Shown here piece after piece: positions 28,798 to 38,619 of a stretch of DNA of 64,000 bases. The DNA lies in the NCBI GenBank assembly GCA_934149275.1, contig CAKPEG010000004.1:1806-65805 (forward strand). Direction: 5' to 3'. The notes beneath the pieces are model-generated. The model made no database searches and was not told the origin of the DNA. It saw only the letters and a program-made list of their open reading frames with translations. The position numbers and the translations under genes are program-made. Each line of letters opens with the position of its first letter. Position 1 is the first letter of the stretch. The stretch is from an uncultured Clostridia bacterium (GTDB taxonomy: Bacteria; Bacillota; Clostridia; TANB77; CAG-508).

Positions 28798-29292
28798 CTA
28801 TTTCTCAGATTCTAAAACAGAATTTTCGGAATCCTCTTTAATATTTTCTTCAATTTTTTCTTTAAGTTTTTCTATACACTTATTTTTATCTTTTAAATTT
28901 TTGATAAATTCTCCAGATTTATCTAGTAAATCAGGTACATAATCGATTAGCTTATCAACATATGAATCGTGAGTAACTGGCAATAGTTTTACAATTCCAT
29001 TTGAAACTACTAGAAAAGCAACAGGCTCAATATTTACTCCTGCACCACTACCACCGCCAAATGGAAGTCTATACTGAACTTGCTCTTCTTTTTCCCTTTT
29101 AGAATATTCATTAATAGTTTCACCTTTGAACTCACTACCACCTGCTGCAAAACCAAAACTTACTTTAGAAATTGGAATAATTAAAGTATCAATACCAGTA
29201 GAAATAGGTTCTCCTATAATGGTATCAACATCAATCATATCTTTAATACTACTCATAGCAGTATTCATTAACCCTTCAATTGGATGAGACAT
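28798..29292 (-). CDS. ytfJ: GerW/YtfJ-family sporulation protein
   Basis: HPIEGLMNTAMSSIKDMIDVDTIIGEPI...KVSFGFAAGGSEF...PFGGGSGAGV. AAGGAGG RBS upstream. Confidence 0.85.
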   Translation of the reverse strand: MSHPIEGLMNTAMSSIKDMIDVDTIIGEPISTGIDTLIIPISKVSFGFAAGGSEFKGETINEYSKREKEEQVQYRLPFGGGSGAGVNIEPVAFLVVSNGIVKLLPVTHDSYVDKLIDYVPDLLDKSGEFIKNLKDKNKCIEKLKEKIEENIKEDSENSVLESEK

Positions 29293-29447
29293 TTTAAAAA
29301 CCTCCTTGTATTTTATTATTAATATTCTCAAAAAGGTAAAGAAATATTCATAGAATGAATGGTCATCAAAATGAAAAGTGTGTTGTTAAAACAACAAATT
29401 AATGATAGAATGAATAAAAATATGAAGCGAAAAAGAAAGGAGTAAAA

Positions 29448-30110
29448 ATGGAAGAGATTTTGAACGTAATTACAAATTCATTTGAATTAGAAGCATTCTT
29501 AAGACTGGTATTAGGCGCATTTTTAGCTGGATTAATAGGATATGAAAGAGAATCATGGAAGAAACCAGCAGGAATAAGAACTCACATATTGGTAGGAGAA
29601 AGTGCAGTATTGATAATGCTTTGTGGAATATATTTATCAAAAACAATAACTGGAGCTGATCCATCGAGAATACCAGCACAGTTGCTTTCAGGAATAGGAT
29701 TTATTGGTGCTGGAACAATTTTAAGAGATGGATTTCATGTAAAAGGATTAACAACTGCAGCAAGCTTGCTTGCTGTAACGGGAATTGGGTTAATTGTTGG
29801 AGCAGGTGCTTATTTAGTAGCAATAGTAGCAACATTTTTTATTTATATTATACTTTCATATTCATATAAAATTTCAGACGCAGCAGAAAAATTTGATGAA
29901 TTTGACTTTAAAATTTATACTGACGATATATATAAAAATTTAAAACAAGTTGAAAAAGTATTATCAAAAGATGAGATAATTATAAAGAGAATAAAAGTTG
30001 AATCAGATCATATTAGAGTAAAAGGAAAAATTTTAGAAAGTTTAAATAAAAACAGATTAATAACAGGAATTATGAAAATAGAAGGAATTAAAGAAATTGT
30101 TGAGGAATAA
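29448..30110 (+). CDS. mgtC: MgtC/SapB family membrane protein
   Basis: GLIGYERESWKKPAGIRTHILVG and GIGFIGAGTILR. Confidence 0.85.
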   Translation: MEEILNVITNSFELEAFLRLVLGAFLAGLIGYERESWKKPAGIRTHILVGESAVLIMLCGIYLSKTITGADPSRIPAQLLSGIGFIGAGTILRDGFHVKGLTTAASLLAVTGIGLIVGAGAYLVAIVATFFIYIILSYSYKISDAAEKFDEFDFKIYTDDIYKNLKQVEKVLSKDEIIIKRIKVESDHIRVKGKILESLNKNRLITGIMKIEGIKEIVEE

Positions 30111-30117
30111 TAATACT

Positions 30118-31377
30118 ATGGAAAATATAGAGAAGATTAAAGAAAAAGCTGAATATTGTTTAAATTGCAAAACACATCCATGCACAAATGCATGCCCAAT
30201 GAATACACATATACCAGAATTTATATCTAAAATAAAAAATGATGAATTTGAAGAAGCATATAAGATTTTAAGAGAGAATAATATTTTTTCTCATATTTGT
30301 AGCATGATATGCCCACAAGAAAATCAATGTGAAGGATCATGTGTAAGAGGGATAAAGCAAACTCCAACACAAATTGGAAATTTAGAAAAGTTCGTAAATG
30401 AATGGGCAGAAAATAAAAAAATAGAAATACAAGTTCCAAAAAAAGTTGACAGAAAAGAAAAAATTGCAGTAATAGGATCAGGTCCAGCCGGATTAGAATG
30501 TGCATATGAGTTGAGAAAAAAAGGATTTCAAGTTACAGTATTTGAAAAGGAAAAAGAACTAGGTGGAATTTTAAAATATGGAATACCAGATTTTAGATTA
30601 GAAAAAAAGTATGTACAAGAAATTATAGATATGTTAAAAAATATGAATGTTAAATTTGAAACAGAAAAAGAACTAGGAAAAAATATTCATATTAGTGATT
30701 TGAAAAAAGAGTATGATTGTGTATTTTTAGGAATAGGAGCAGAAACTTCAAGCAAATATGATTTAGGAGACTTTGAGCAAATATATGATTCAGACTATTT
30801 CTTGAAAGCATATAATAGAAATAATTTTATTCCTAATTTAGGAGATGTTGTAATAATAGGTGGAGGAAATGTTGCAATGGACTCTGCAAGAGTAGCATTA
30901 AAGATGGGAGCAAAGTCATCAAACATACTATATAGAAGAGATGTAGAGCACATGCCTGCTAGAAAAATTGAACTAGAAGAAGCAATTGAAGATGGAGTAA
31001 ATCCTGAATTTACAACAAGAGTGATTAAAGCAGAAGGAAAAGATAAAAAGATTGAATATGTAAAATGCATCAAAACAAAAGTTGTTGAAGGAAAAGCAAT
31101 GGATATTCCAAATACAGAATTTGATTTTAAGGCAGACACTGTTGTATTTGCAATAGGATTAAAACCAAACAAAGAAGTTCTAAAAGCAGAAGGTTTGGAA
31201 TATAATGAAAGTGGACTATTAAAAATAGATGATAAAGAAAGGACAAATATCGAAGGAGTATATGCTGGAGGAGATTTGTCTGAAAGTAAATCAACAGTCT
31301 GCAGAGCACTTGGAAGTGCAAGAAATGCAGCAAATGCAATTATAGAATTTTTTGAAAAGGGAGATACAAATGTTTAA
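30118..31377 (+). CDS. GltD/SudA-like NAD(P)H-dependent FAD oxidoreductase with N-terminal Fe-S cluster motifs
   Basis: Motifs CLNCKTHPCTNACP and CPQENQCEGSC. Dinucleotide folds IAVIGSGPAGL and VVIIGGGNVAMD. Confidence 0.8.
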   Translation: MENIEKIKEKAEYCLNCKTHPCTNACPMNTHIPEFISKIKNDEFEEAYKILRENNIFSHICSMICPQENQCEGSCVRGIKQTPTQIGNLEKFVNEWAENKKIEIQVPKKVDRKEKIAVIGSGPAGLECAYELRKKGFQVTVFEKEKELGGILKYGIPDFRLEKKYVQEIIDMLKNMNVKFETEKELGKNIHISDLKKEYDCVFLGIGAETSSKYDLGDFEQIYDSDYFLKAYNRNNFIPNLGDVVIIGGGNVAMDSARVALKMGAKSSNILYRRDVEHMPARKIELEEAIEDGVNPEFTTRVIKAEGKDKKIEYVKCIKTKVVEGKAMDIPNTEFDFKADTVVFAIGLKPNKEVLKAEGLEYNESGLLKIDDKERTNIEGVYAGGDLSESKSTVCRALGSARNAANAIIEFFEKGDTNV

Positions 31378-32746
31378 AGAATATATTATTGCAAATGAAG
31401 ATCAAATGATAAAAGACTTGGGAGAAATGATAAAAATCCCAAGCAAATTAGAAGGATATGATAATCCTCAATATCCTTTTGGAAAAAATGTAGATGATGC
31501 GTTAAACAAATTTTTAGAAATAGGAAAAAGACTAGGATTTAGAACAAAAAACATAGATAAATATTGTGGATACATTGAATTTGGAGAAGGCAAAGAACTA
31601 GTTGGAATAATTGGACATTTAGATGTAGTGCCAGAAGGCGAAGGTTGGACACATCCACCATTTGAACTTACTATAGATAATGATAAACTTTATGGAAGAG
31701 GAACAACTGATGATAAAGGACCAATGATAGCTAGCTTATATGCTATGAAAGCAGTTATGGAAAATACCGCTGTACATAAAAGAGTAAGATTAATAATTGG
31801 ATTAAACGAAGAAAATAGTTGGAAGTGTATAAATTATTATAAGGCTCATGAAGAAGCACCAACAGTTGGATTTAGTCCAGATGCTGATTTTCCTTGCATA
31901 TATGCAGAAAAAGCACTTCTTACAGCATATACATCTGAGACATGTGTTGAAAATGATAAAATTAAAATAAAAGAAATAGACTGCAAAAATAATAGAGTTA
32001 ACGTAGTTCCAAAGTATTGTTCTGTGAAACTAGAAGTAGACTCAAAAATAGAGGAAGAAGTAAAGAAATTCTTATTGGAAAAAGTATCAGAAAATATATC
32101 TTTTACAAAAATGCAGAACGAATTTTATATAGAAACAAGGGGAATACAAGCTCATGCAGCACATCCCGAATTAGGAAAAAATGCTGTTTCAGAGATGGTA
32201 ATGATTTTGAATGAATTGCTTAATAGATATGATGTTGAAGAAAAAACAATAAGACTATTAGCTACTAAAGTTAGAAGAGAAACTAATGGAGAAAGCTTAG
32301 GAATTGATCACAAAAATACAGAATTAGGCGATTTGACTTTAAACTTAGCACAACTAAAATTAGAAGATGGAAAAATAAAATCTGGAATGAACTTAAGAAT
32401 ACCAGGAGATCAAAACCTAGAAGAGGTTAAAACAAAAATAGAAAAAGAATTAGATGGAATAGAAATAAAATTTTTTGGAGAAAAACCAGCATTATATATT
32501 CCAAAAGACAATGAATTAGTAAAAAAATTATGTAGAATTTATAATGAGTATACAGGTGAAAATAAAGACCCTTTAGCAATTGGGGGAGCAACATTTGCAA
32601 GAGCTTTCGAAAACTGCGTTTCATTTGGAGCAATAAAACCAGGCGAACCTGACATGTGCCATCAAGTAGATGAATATATTAAACATAAAGATTTAATAGA
32701 TGCTTGTTGCATGTATGCAACTGCAATATACGAATTAGCGCAATAA
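31370..32746 (+). CDS. pepV: M20-family dipeptidase PepV
   Basis: GHLDVVPEGEGWTHPPFELTIDNDKLYGRGTTDDKGP. Overlaps the upstream stop codon (ATGTTTAA). Confidence 0.88.
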   Translation: MFKEYIIANEDQMIKDLGEMIKIPSKLEGYDNPQYPFGKNVDDALNKFLEIGKRLGFRTKNIDKYCGYIEFGEGKELVGIIGHLDVVPEGEGWTHPPFELTIDNDKLYGRGTTDDKGPMIASLYAMKAVMENTAVHKRVRLIIGLNEENSWKCINYYKAHEEAPTVGFSPDADFPCIYAEKALLTAYTSETCVENDKIKIKEIDCKNNRVNVVPKYCSVKLEVDSKIEEEVKKFLLEKVSENISFTKMQNEFYIETRGIQAHAAHPELGKNAVSEMVMILNELLNRYDVEEKTIRLLATKVRRETNGESLGIDHKNTELGDLTLNLAQLKLEDGKIKSGMNLRIPGDQNLEEVKTKIEKELDGIEIKFFGEKPALYIPKDNELVKKLCRIYNEYTGENKDPLAIGGATFARAFENCVSFGAIKPGEPDMCHQVDEYIKHKDLIDACCMYATAIYELAQ

Positions 32747-32751
32747 AATAA

Positions 32752-32780
32752 TTGACTTAGAACGTATTAACTGTTATAAT
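32752..32780 (+). promoter_or_regulatory. sigma-A type promoter driving the Mn2+ riboswitch leader
   Basis: TTGACT, 17 nt spacer, TATAAT. Confidence 0.6.
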
Positions 32781-32788
32781 AAAAAAAC

Positions 32789-32879
32789 GATGAGGGAGTA
32801 GTTAGCATATTATTAATATGTAATATATTCAACATAATGATAATAATATCTGGATATATTTTAAATAATGAGACTTATC
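32789..32879 (+). promoter_or_regulatory. yybP-ykoY (Mn2+) riboswitch aptamer
   Basis: Conserved GGGAGTAG near the 5' end, TTCAACATA (compare UUGACAUA), and AATGAGAC near the 3' end. The closing helix is GATGAG / CTTATC. It lies upstream of mntP, the classic regulated gene. Confidence 0.6.
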
Positions 32880-32909
32880 TGTAGCAACTACAGATATAGT
32901 CTTTTTTTT
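32872..32909 (+). terminator. riboswitch expression-platform terminator
   Basis: Stem GACTTATCTGTAG / CTACAGATATAGTC followed by T8. Its 5' arm overlaps the aptamer P1 3' strand. Confidence 0.7.
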
Positions 32910-33056
32910 ATATAATAGGAAAGTTCTCCGAACTTCCTATTATATAAAATAACAATGCACAGAAATTTGCTCTGCAAATTTCGCGCGCGAACAAAGACGC
33001 GGACTTAAAAATGTTATAATTGGTGCAAATGTTATTAATGTCCGCTTTTGTTCTAT
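32909..33056 (+). repeat. Family-B structured repeat, copy B1
   Basis: Three hairpins: TATATAATAGGAAAGTTC/GAACTTCCTATTATATA, GAAATTTGC/GCAAATTTC and GAACAAAGACGCGGAC/GTCCGCTTTTGTTC. About 150 bp aligns with 40872-41020. Confidence 0.85.
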
Positions 33057-33115
33057 GAAAAATATCAGTTATATGTGCTAACTACGACCATAAAATATAT
33101 AAAGGAGAATCAGTC

Positions 33116-33691
33116 GTGGGAATTGGAGAATTAATAGTATTAAGCTTAGGATTAGGAATGGACGCCTTTGCTGTTTCAATATGTAAAGGTTTATCAATGA
33201 AAAAAATGAACTGGAAAAAAGCTTTAATTATAGGATTGTATTTTGGAGGATTTCAAGCTATAATGCCAGTACTAGGATACTTTCTAAGTAAAGGATTTGA
33301 GAATTTTGTAACTAGTATTGATCATTGGATTGCATTTATTTTACTTAGCATAATAGGCGGGAAAATGGTAAAAGATGCTTTTAGCCAAGGAAATAGCGAA
33401 AACTGTAATGAAGACGTTGGATTTAAAACAATGATAGTTTTAGCAATTGCAACAAGTATAGATGCATTAGCTGTTGGAATTACATTTGCGTTTTTAAATG
33501 TTAATTTAATTTTAGCAATTGCACTAATAGGAAGTATAACTTTTTTCTTATCTGTGATAGGAACAAAGGTTGGAAACATATTTGGAGACAGATATGAAAA
33601 TAAAGCAGAACTTTTAGGTGGAGTTATTTTAATTTTCTTGGGAATAAAAATTTTACTAGAGCATTTAAATATTATTAATTTCTTTATATAA
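33116..33691 (+). CDS. mntP: manganese efflux pump MntP
   Basis: GTG start after an AAAGGAG RBS. Motifs [15 protein letters not shown] and [14 protein letters not shown]. Confidence 0.88.
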   Translation: MGIGELIVLSLGLGMDAFAVSICKGLSMKKMNWKKALIIGLYFGGFQAIMPVLGYFLSKGFENFVTSIDHWIAFILLSIIGGKMVKDAFSQGNSENCNEDVGFKTMIVLAIATSIDALAVGITFAFLNVNLILAIALIGSITFFLSVIGTKVGNIFGDRYENKAELLGGVILIFLGIKILLEHLNIINFFI

Positions 33692-33858
33692 TAGAAAAAT
33701 GAATAACATTCTATCTTAGAAAAATAGCATGAGCAGAAATTAAAAAAAGTTTCTATCTATGAAAAAAAGAACTAAAAAGTTATAATGAGTGTAAAGATTA
33801 AAAATGTTCATTTTGCTCTAGGCAATTCAACATACATATGTATTAGAAGGGAGAATTT

Positions 33859-34878
33859 ATGAAATATCCAAAAGCATTGAAATCAGGAGATTACATAGGC
33901 GTAACAGCACCATCAGCAGGAATAAACGAAGAAATTAAGATTAAAAGATTAGAAAATGCTGAAAAAAATTTGAGAAAAAAGGGTTTTAAATATATAGAAA
34001 CATCTAATGTTAGAAAAGAAGAGAAAGGCAGAAGTTCATCAGCGAAAGAACGTGCAAAACAATTCATGGACTTATGGAATAATGAAAAAGTTGGAGCAAT
34101 AATATCTGCAACTGGTGGAGACTTTATGTCAGAAATATTAGATGAATTAGACTTTGAAAAAATAAAAAAATCAGAACTAAAATGGTTTCAAGGATATTCA
34201 GATAATACAGTATTAACATTTGAACTACCTTTATTAGCAGATATAGCATGCATATATGGACCAACTATAAAAGATTTTGGAATGAGAAACTTACATAGAT
34301 CATTAGAAGATTCTTTAAAAATTATGGAAGGCAATGAAATAACACAAGAAAGCTTCGAAAAATGTGAAAGTAGAGAATGGACAGAAAGAACAGATCCATA
34401 TGAAGAATATGATTTAGCAGAAAAAGTTGAATGGAAAAATCTTAATGGAGAAAAAGAAATTGCTTTTAAAGGAAGAGCAATAGGTGGTTGTTTTGATGTA
34501 ATTACTAATTTAATTGGAACAAAATATGATAAGGTAAAAGAGTTTATAGAAAAATATAAAGAAGATGGTATCGTATGGTTTTTAGAGGTTTTCGAAATGT
34601 CAACTCCTCAAATATATTTACATTTATGGCAAATGAAAAATGCAGGTTATTTTGAACATTGCAATGGAATAATTTTTGGAAGGCCTTTAATGACGAGAGA
34701 AGATTATGGTATTTCATATGAAGAAACACTAAAAGATGCACTTGGAGATTTGAATATACCAGTAATATTTGATACTGATATAGGACATGTTTCACCACAA
34801 ATGTCTATTGTTTCAGGCGGAATTATAGAAGTAACTTCAAAAGCAGGAAAAGGAACTATAAAGAATTATTTTGAATAA
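33859..34878 (+). CDS. S66-family LD-carboxypeptidase (MccF-like)
   Basis: LKSGDYIGVTAPSAGI, GYSDNTVL and a C-terminal DIGHVSP block. Confidence 0.8.
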   Translation: MKYPKALKSGDYIGVTAPSAGINEEIKIKRLENAEKNLRKKGFKYIETSNVRKEEKGRSSSAKERAKQFMDLWNNEKVGAIISATGGDFMSEILDELDFEKIKKSELKWFQGYSDNTVLTFELPLLADIACIYGPTIKDFGMRNLHRSLEDSLKIMEGNEITQESFEKCESREWTERTDPYEEYDLAEKVEWKNLNGEKEIAFKGRAIGGCFDVITNLIGTKYDKVKEFIEKYKEDGIVWFLEVFEMSTPQIYLHLWQMKNAGYFEHCNGIIFGRPLMTREDYGISYEETLKDALGDLNIPVIFDTDIGHVSPQMSIVSGGIIEVTSKAGKGTIKNYFE

Positions 34879-34956
34879 AATTATACAAATTCTCAAAGCA
34901 AATTTTTGTACATTCATATGTTATAAAAGTTTCAGAGATTTATATTACAATACAAG

Positions 34957-34987
34957 AAAAACGGGTCGGCTAAGCCAACCCGTTTTT
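34957..34987. terminator. bidirectional GC-rich terminator hairpin
   Basis: AAAACGGGTCGGC / GCCAACCCGTTTT, flanked by A-run and T-run, between convergent genes. Confidence 0.8.
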
Positions 34988-35004
34988 AGTAACTTGTTTC
35001 AGGA

Positions 35005-35601
35005 TTATTTTTCTTCTGGTGCTGTCTGCTTTTTTTGTGAAGAGAAAAAATTTGCAATACCAAAGCATACTTTAGCAACAGAATAGAAAACATATCCCAC
35101 TGCGAAGAACACAATTTTTAATACAAAATCGAAAATCTTCTTTTCTGCATTAATAATCTGTACAAAAAATTTGTACACAAGCATTACCAGAAGTGCTGTT
35201 ACAAGCAGTTCTCCAAGGCCGACTAAAAGTGTGACAAGATTGAAATCGTTTTTAGCAGCAAAAGCTATAACCGGATCCGAAGATTCGTGCAAAGCTTTGC
35301 GAGCTTTTAAATCGTTTTCAATTTTTTTATCTGCATTGTTAGCTTGTGTCTGGTAAGCCTTTTTTTGCTCAGGGTTAGTCGATTTTGAAGCAATATCCTG
35401 ACAATATTCCCTTTCAGCCTCGAGCTCCTGAATATCAGAATGATAATGAATCATCCGAATCTGTGTTCCAACAATTTTGACTCCAAAAGAGCCGACCGAA
35501 CAAGTACCATAAACAATCGTCATAAGTGTGACAACCGTGAGAATGAGTCGAGAGACTACATTCCAGAATTTTTTGAAACCTCTTGTTGCTTTGTGTGTCA
35601 T
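35005..35601 (-). CDS. hypothetical membrane protein (orphan, G+C-richer islet)
   Basis: 198 aa: an N-terminal TM, a charged coiled middle, and two C-terminal TMs. GGAGGA RBS. Uses G/C-ending codons unusual for the window. Confidence 0.55.
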   Translation of the reverse strand: MTHKATRGFKKFWNVVSRLILTVVTLMTIVYGTCSVGSFGVKIVGTQIRMIHYHSDIQELEAEREYCQDIASKSTNPEQKKAYQTQANNADKKIENDLKARKALHESSDPVIAFAAKNDFNLVTLLVGLGELLVTALLVMLVYKFFVQIINAEKKIFDFVLKIVFFAVGYVFYSVAKVCFGIANFFSSQKKQTAPEEK

Positions 35602-35859
35602 AGTGCATCCTCCTTATAATAGATATTTCAAAACGTTCTTGATAAAATTTTCGCTAATTTAATTATAACATAAAAACATATAAAAATAAAAATAGAGTTA
35701 GAAAAATGTAACAAAAAAGTAATATATAGATAAAATTGCATAAAAAATAATCAAAAGAATTGTAAAAAGATTTGACAAAAATAATATTTTAATAGATAAT
35801 AAAGGTATTGAAAAAAAGAGATTACAAAAGAAATCTGAAAAGTTACAAAGGAGGAAAAA

Positions 35860-38424
35860 ATGTATATTTTTAATAGAATTACAGTTGTTCCACAATTACC
35901 AAAAGAGTTGAAAAAACTAACAGAAATATCAAATAATTTATGGTGGTCTTGGAATACAGAATTTTTAAAAATTTTTAAAATGATTGATCCAGATTTATGG
36001 GAGAGAATCGACAAGAATCCAACTAAATTTTTAAAATTAGTTGCACAAGAAAAAATTGAAAAAGCAGCTAAAAATGAAGAAACTTTAAAATTATATGAAA
36101 AAGTAGTAGGTAATTACGAAAATTACATATATAGCAAAGATACATGGTTTGCAAAAAAATATCCAAATAACAAAAAAGATTTAATTGCATATTTTTCAGC
36201 TGAATATGGATTAGATGAAATCTTACCTATATATTCAGGAGGACTTGGAATATTATCAGGAGATCATTTAAAATCAGCTAGTGATTTAGGTATTCCACTA
36301 GTAGCAGTAGGTCTACTATATAAAAATGGATATTTCAATCAAAAAATAAACGGATATGGACAACAAGAATCTGAATACAATAACATAGATTTATACAATT
36401 TGCCAATTAATCCTGTAAAAACAGAAGATGACCAAGATATGATTCTTGAAATTCCTATGCTTGGAAACACACTTCACTTAAAGATTTGGAAGATTCAAGT
36501 TGGAAGAGTAAATCTATATTTAATGGATTCAGATATAGAACAAAATATTGAAGAATTTAGAAATATAACATTAAAACTTTATGGTGGAGACAAAGAAATG
36601 AGAATAAGACAAGAGATTGTCTTAGGTATGGCTGGAGTTGAATTATTAAAGAAACTTGGTTTAACACCAACAGTTTACCATATGAACGAAGGACACTCAT
36701 CATTCTTAACTTTACAATTAATAAAAAATACAATGAAAGAAAAACAAGTATCATTCCAAATAGCAAAAGAAATTGTAACTTCACAAACAGCTTTTACAAC
36801 ACACACACCAGTACCAGCTGGAAATGATATATTTGATATTGGTTTAATAGATAAGTATTTCTCAGGAATATGGGATGAATTTGGAATTTCAAGAGAAGAC
36901 TTTTTAAGATTAGGAATGAAAGAAACTGTAAATCTTGATCCTGGATTTAATATGGGAATTTTAGCATTAAGAATTGCAGGAAAAAGAAATGGTGTAAGTA
37001 AATTACACGGAGCAGTTTCAAGAGAATTATTCTCAGATGTTTGGCCTGATATAGCAGCAAACGAATCACCAATAACATATGTAACAAATGGTATTCATAC
37101 TTGTAGCTGGCTAGCGCCAAACATTAAAGAATTATATAATAATTATTTAATTCCATATTGGCAAGATAATATCCAAGATGATGCTGTATGGAAAAAAATA
37201 AATTCAATACCGGATGAAAAATTATGGGCAGAGCATTTTAAGAGAAAAGAAAAATTAATGTCTTTAATCAAGAAAAATGTTACAGAAAGATATAAAAGAA
37301 GCGGATATAGCTATGAAGATATAAATGATGTTGTTAATAAATTAAATCCTAATGCTTTAACAATAGGATTTGCAAGAAGATTTGCAACATACAAAAGAGC
37401 AACATTATTGTTCAGAGATATAGAAAGATTAACACAATTACTAAATCAAGAAAATAGACCTGTTCAATTAGTATTTGCTGGAAAAGCACATCCAGCTGAT
37501 GTTGAAGGACAAAACTTAATAAAACAAATTCATGAAATTTCATTAATGCCACAATTCAAAGGAAAAATATTTATATTAGAAAACTACAATATAGGAATGG
37601 CAAGATATTTAGTAAGTGGTGTAGATGTATGGTTAAATAATCCTAGAAGACCAATGGAAGCATCAGGAACATCTGGAGAAAAAGCATCTGTAAATGGTGT
37701 TGTAAACTTTAGTGTACTAGATGGATGGTGGGCAGAAGGATATGACACAACTAATGGTTGGGCTATTGGAACAGAAACAAATTATGATTCATATGAAATC
37801 CAAGACAACAGCGATAGTGATAGTATCTATAGCACATTAGAAAATAAAATAATCCCAACATACTACAAACAAAATGATAAAGGATATTCTAAAGATTGGG
37901 TAAGATATATGAAAAATTCTATAATGTCAACAGGTGGAAGATACAGCACATCAAGAATGTTAGTTGATTACATGGACAGAATATACATGCCTCTATGTAA
38001 TATGTATAATAAAAACTTCAAAAACTTAGACAATGTAAATGAGTTTGTAAAATGGAAAAAATCTGCAAAAGAAAGATGGAACCAAATCGAAATAACACAA
38101 GATCATAATATTGATAATGTTAAAATGAATGCAGGAGATATAATTGAAGTTCAATGTAAAGTTCAATTACCAAACTTTGATCCTGAAAATGTTTCAGTTC
38201 AAGTATATTATGGACAAATTTTAGATACAGGAATTGTTAATAATGTTTGCGTTACAGAAATGAAAAAAATTGAAGCAAATGATGAAGAAAAAGTATATAC
38301 ATATGCAGCAAAAATAAAATTAACAACAGGCGGAAACTTTGGATACACATTTAGAGTTATGCCAAAACATGAAATGCTATTAGATTCAGAAAATATGAAT
38401 TTAGTAAAATGGATGACAAGATAA
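35860..38424 (+). CDS. glgP: alpha-glucan (glycogen/maltodextrin) phosphorylase, DUF3417-type GT35
   Basis: N-terminus LPKELKKLTEISNNLWWSWN, plus YFSAEYG, GGLGILSGDH and EASGTSGEKA (PLP-Lys region). Confidence 0.92.
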   Translation: MYIFNRITVVPQLPKELKKLTEISNNLWWSWNTEFLKIFKMIDPDLWERIDKNPTKFLKLVAQEKIEKAAKNEETLKLYEKVVGNYENYIYSKDTWFAKKYPNNKKDLIAYFSAEYGLDEILPIYSGGLGILSGDHLKSASDLGIPLVAVGLLYKNGYFNQKINGYGQQESEYNNIDLYNLPINPVKTEDDQDMILEIPMLGNTLHLKIWKIQVGRVNLYLMDSDIEQNIEEFRNITLKLYGGDKEMRIRQEIVLGMAGVELLKKLGLTPTVYHMNEGHSSFLTLQLIKNTMKEKQVSFQIAKEIVTSQTAFTTHTPVPAGNDIFDIGLIDKYFSGIWDEFGISREDFLRLGMKETVNLDPGFNMGILALRIAGKRNGVSKLHGAVSRELFSDVWPDIAANESPITYVTNGIHTCSWLAPNIKELYNNYLIPYWQDNIQDDAVWKKINSIPDEKLWAEHFKRKEKLMSLIKKNVTERYKRSGYSYEDINDVVNKLNPNALTIGFARRFATYKRATLLFRDIERLTQLLNQENRPVQLVFAGKAHPADVEGQNLIKQIHEISLMPQFKGKIFILENYNIGMARYLVSGVDVWLNNPRRPMEASGTSGEKASVNGVVNFSVLDGWWAEGYDTTNGWAIGTETNYDSYEIQDNSDSDSIYSTLENKIIPTYYKQNDKGYSKDWVRYMKNSIMSTGGRYSTSRMLVDYMDRIYMPLCNMYNKNFKNLDNVNEFVKWKKSAKERWNQIEITQDHNIDNVKMNAGDIIEVQCKVQLPNFDPENVSVQVYYGQILDTGIVNNVCVTEMKKIEANDEEKVYTYAAKIKLTTGGNFGYTFRVMPKHEMLLDSENMNLVKWMTR

Positions 38425-38437
38425 ACTTAAATTTTTT

Positions 38438-38476
38438 AAAAGAACTAAAGTCAAATAACTGATTTTAGTTCTTTTA
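38438..38476 (+). terminator. intrinsic terminator after glgP
   Basis: Stem AAAAGAACTAAA / TTTAGTTCTTTT. Confidence 0.75.
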
Positions 38477-38619
38477 GCGTTGAATACAAATATTGAAAAA
38501 AGAATATAATATTATAGCAAAACCAATAAAAAATTGCCGAAAATACTTGAAAAAAAAGAAAATTGTGATATACTAGTCATCGGTAAAATTGTAAAAATAT
38601 AAAAAAAGGAGATATAAAA

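Noticed and set aside
33070-33100. GTGCTAACTACGACC just upstream of mntP, considered as the 3' half of a riboswitch split by the B1 repeat
   Set aside because: A complete aptamer with its own closing helix and terminator can be drawn entirely within 32789-32909. The downstream similarity is therefore most likely chance.
34871-35086. A 71-aa ORF downstream of the LD-carboxypeptidase gene
   Set aside because: It spans the bidirectional terminator and the 3' end of the convergent gene at 35005-35601. It has no RBS and is likely spurious.
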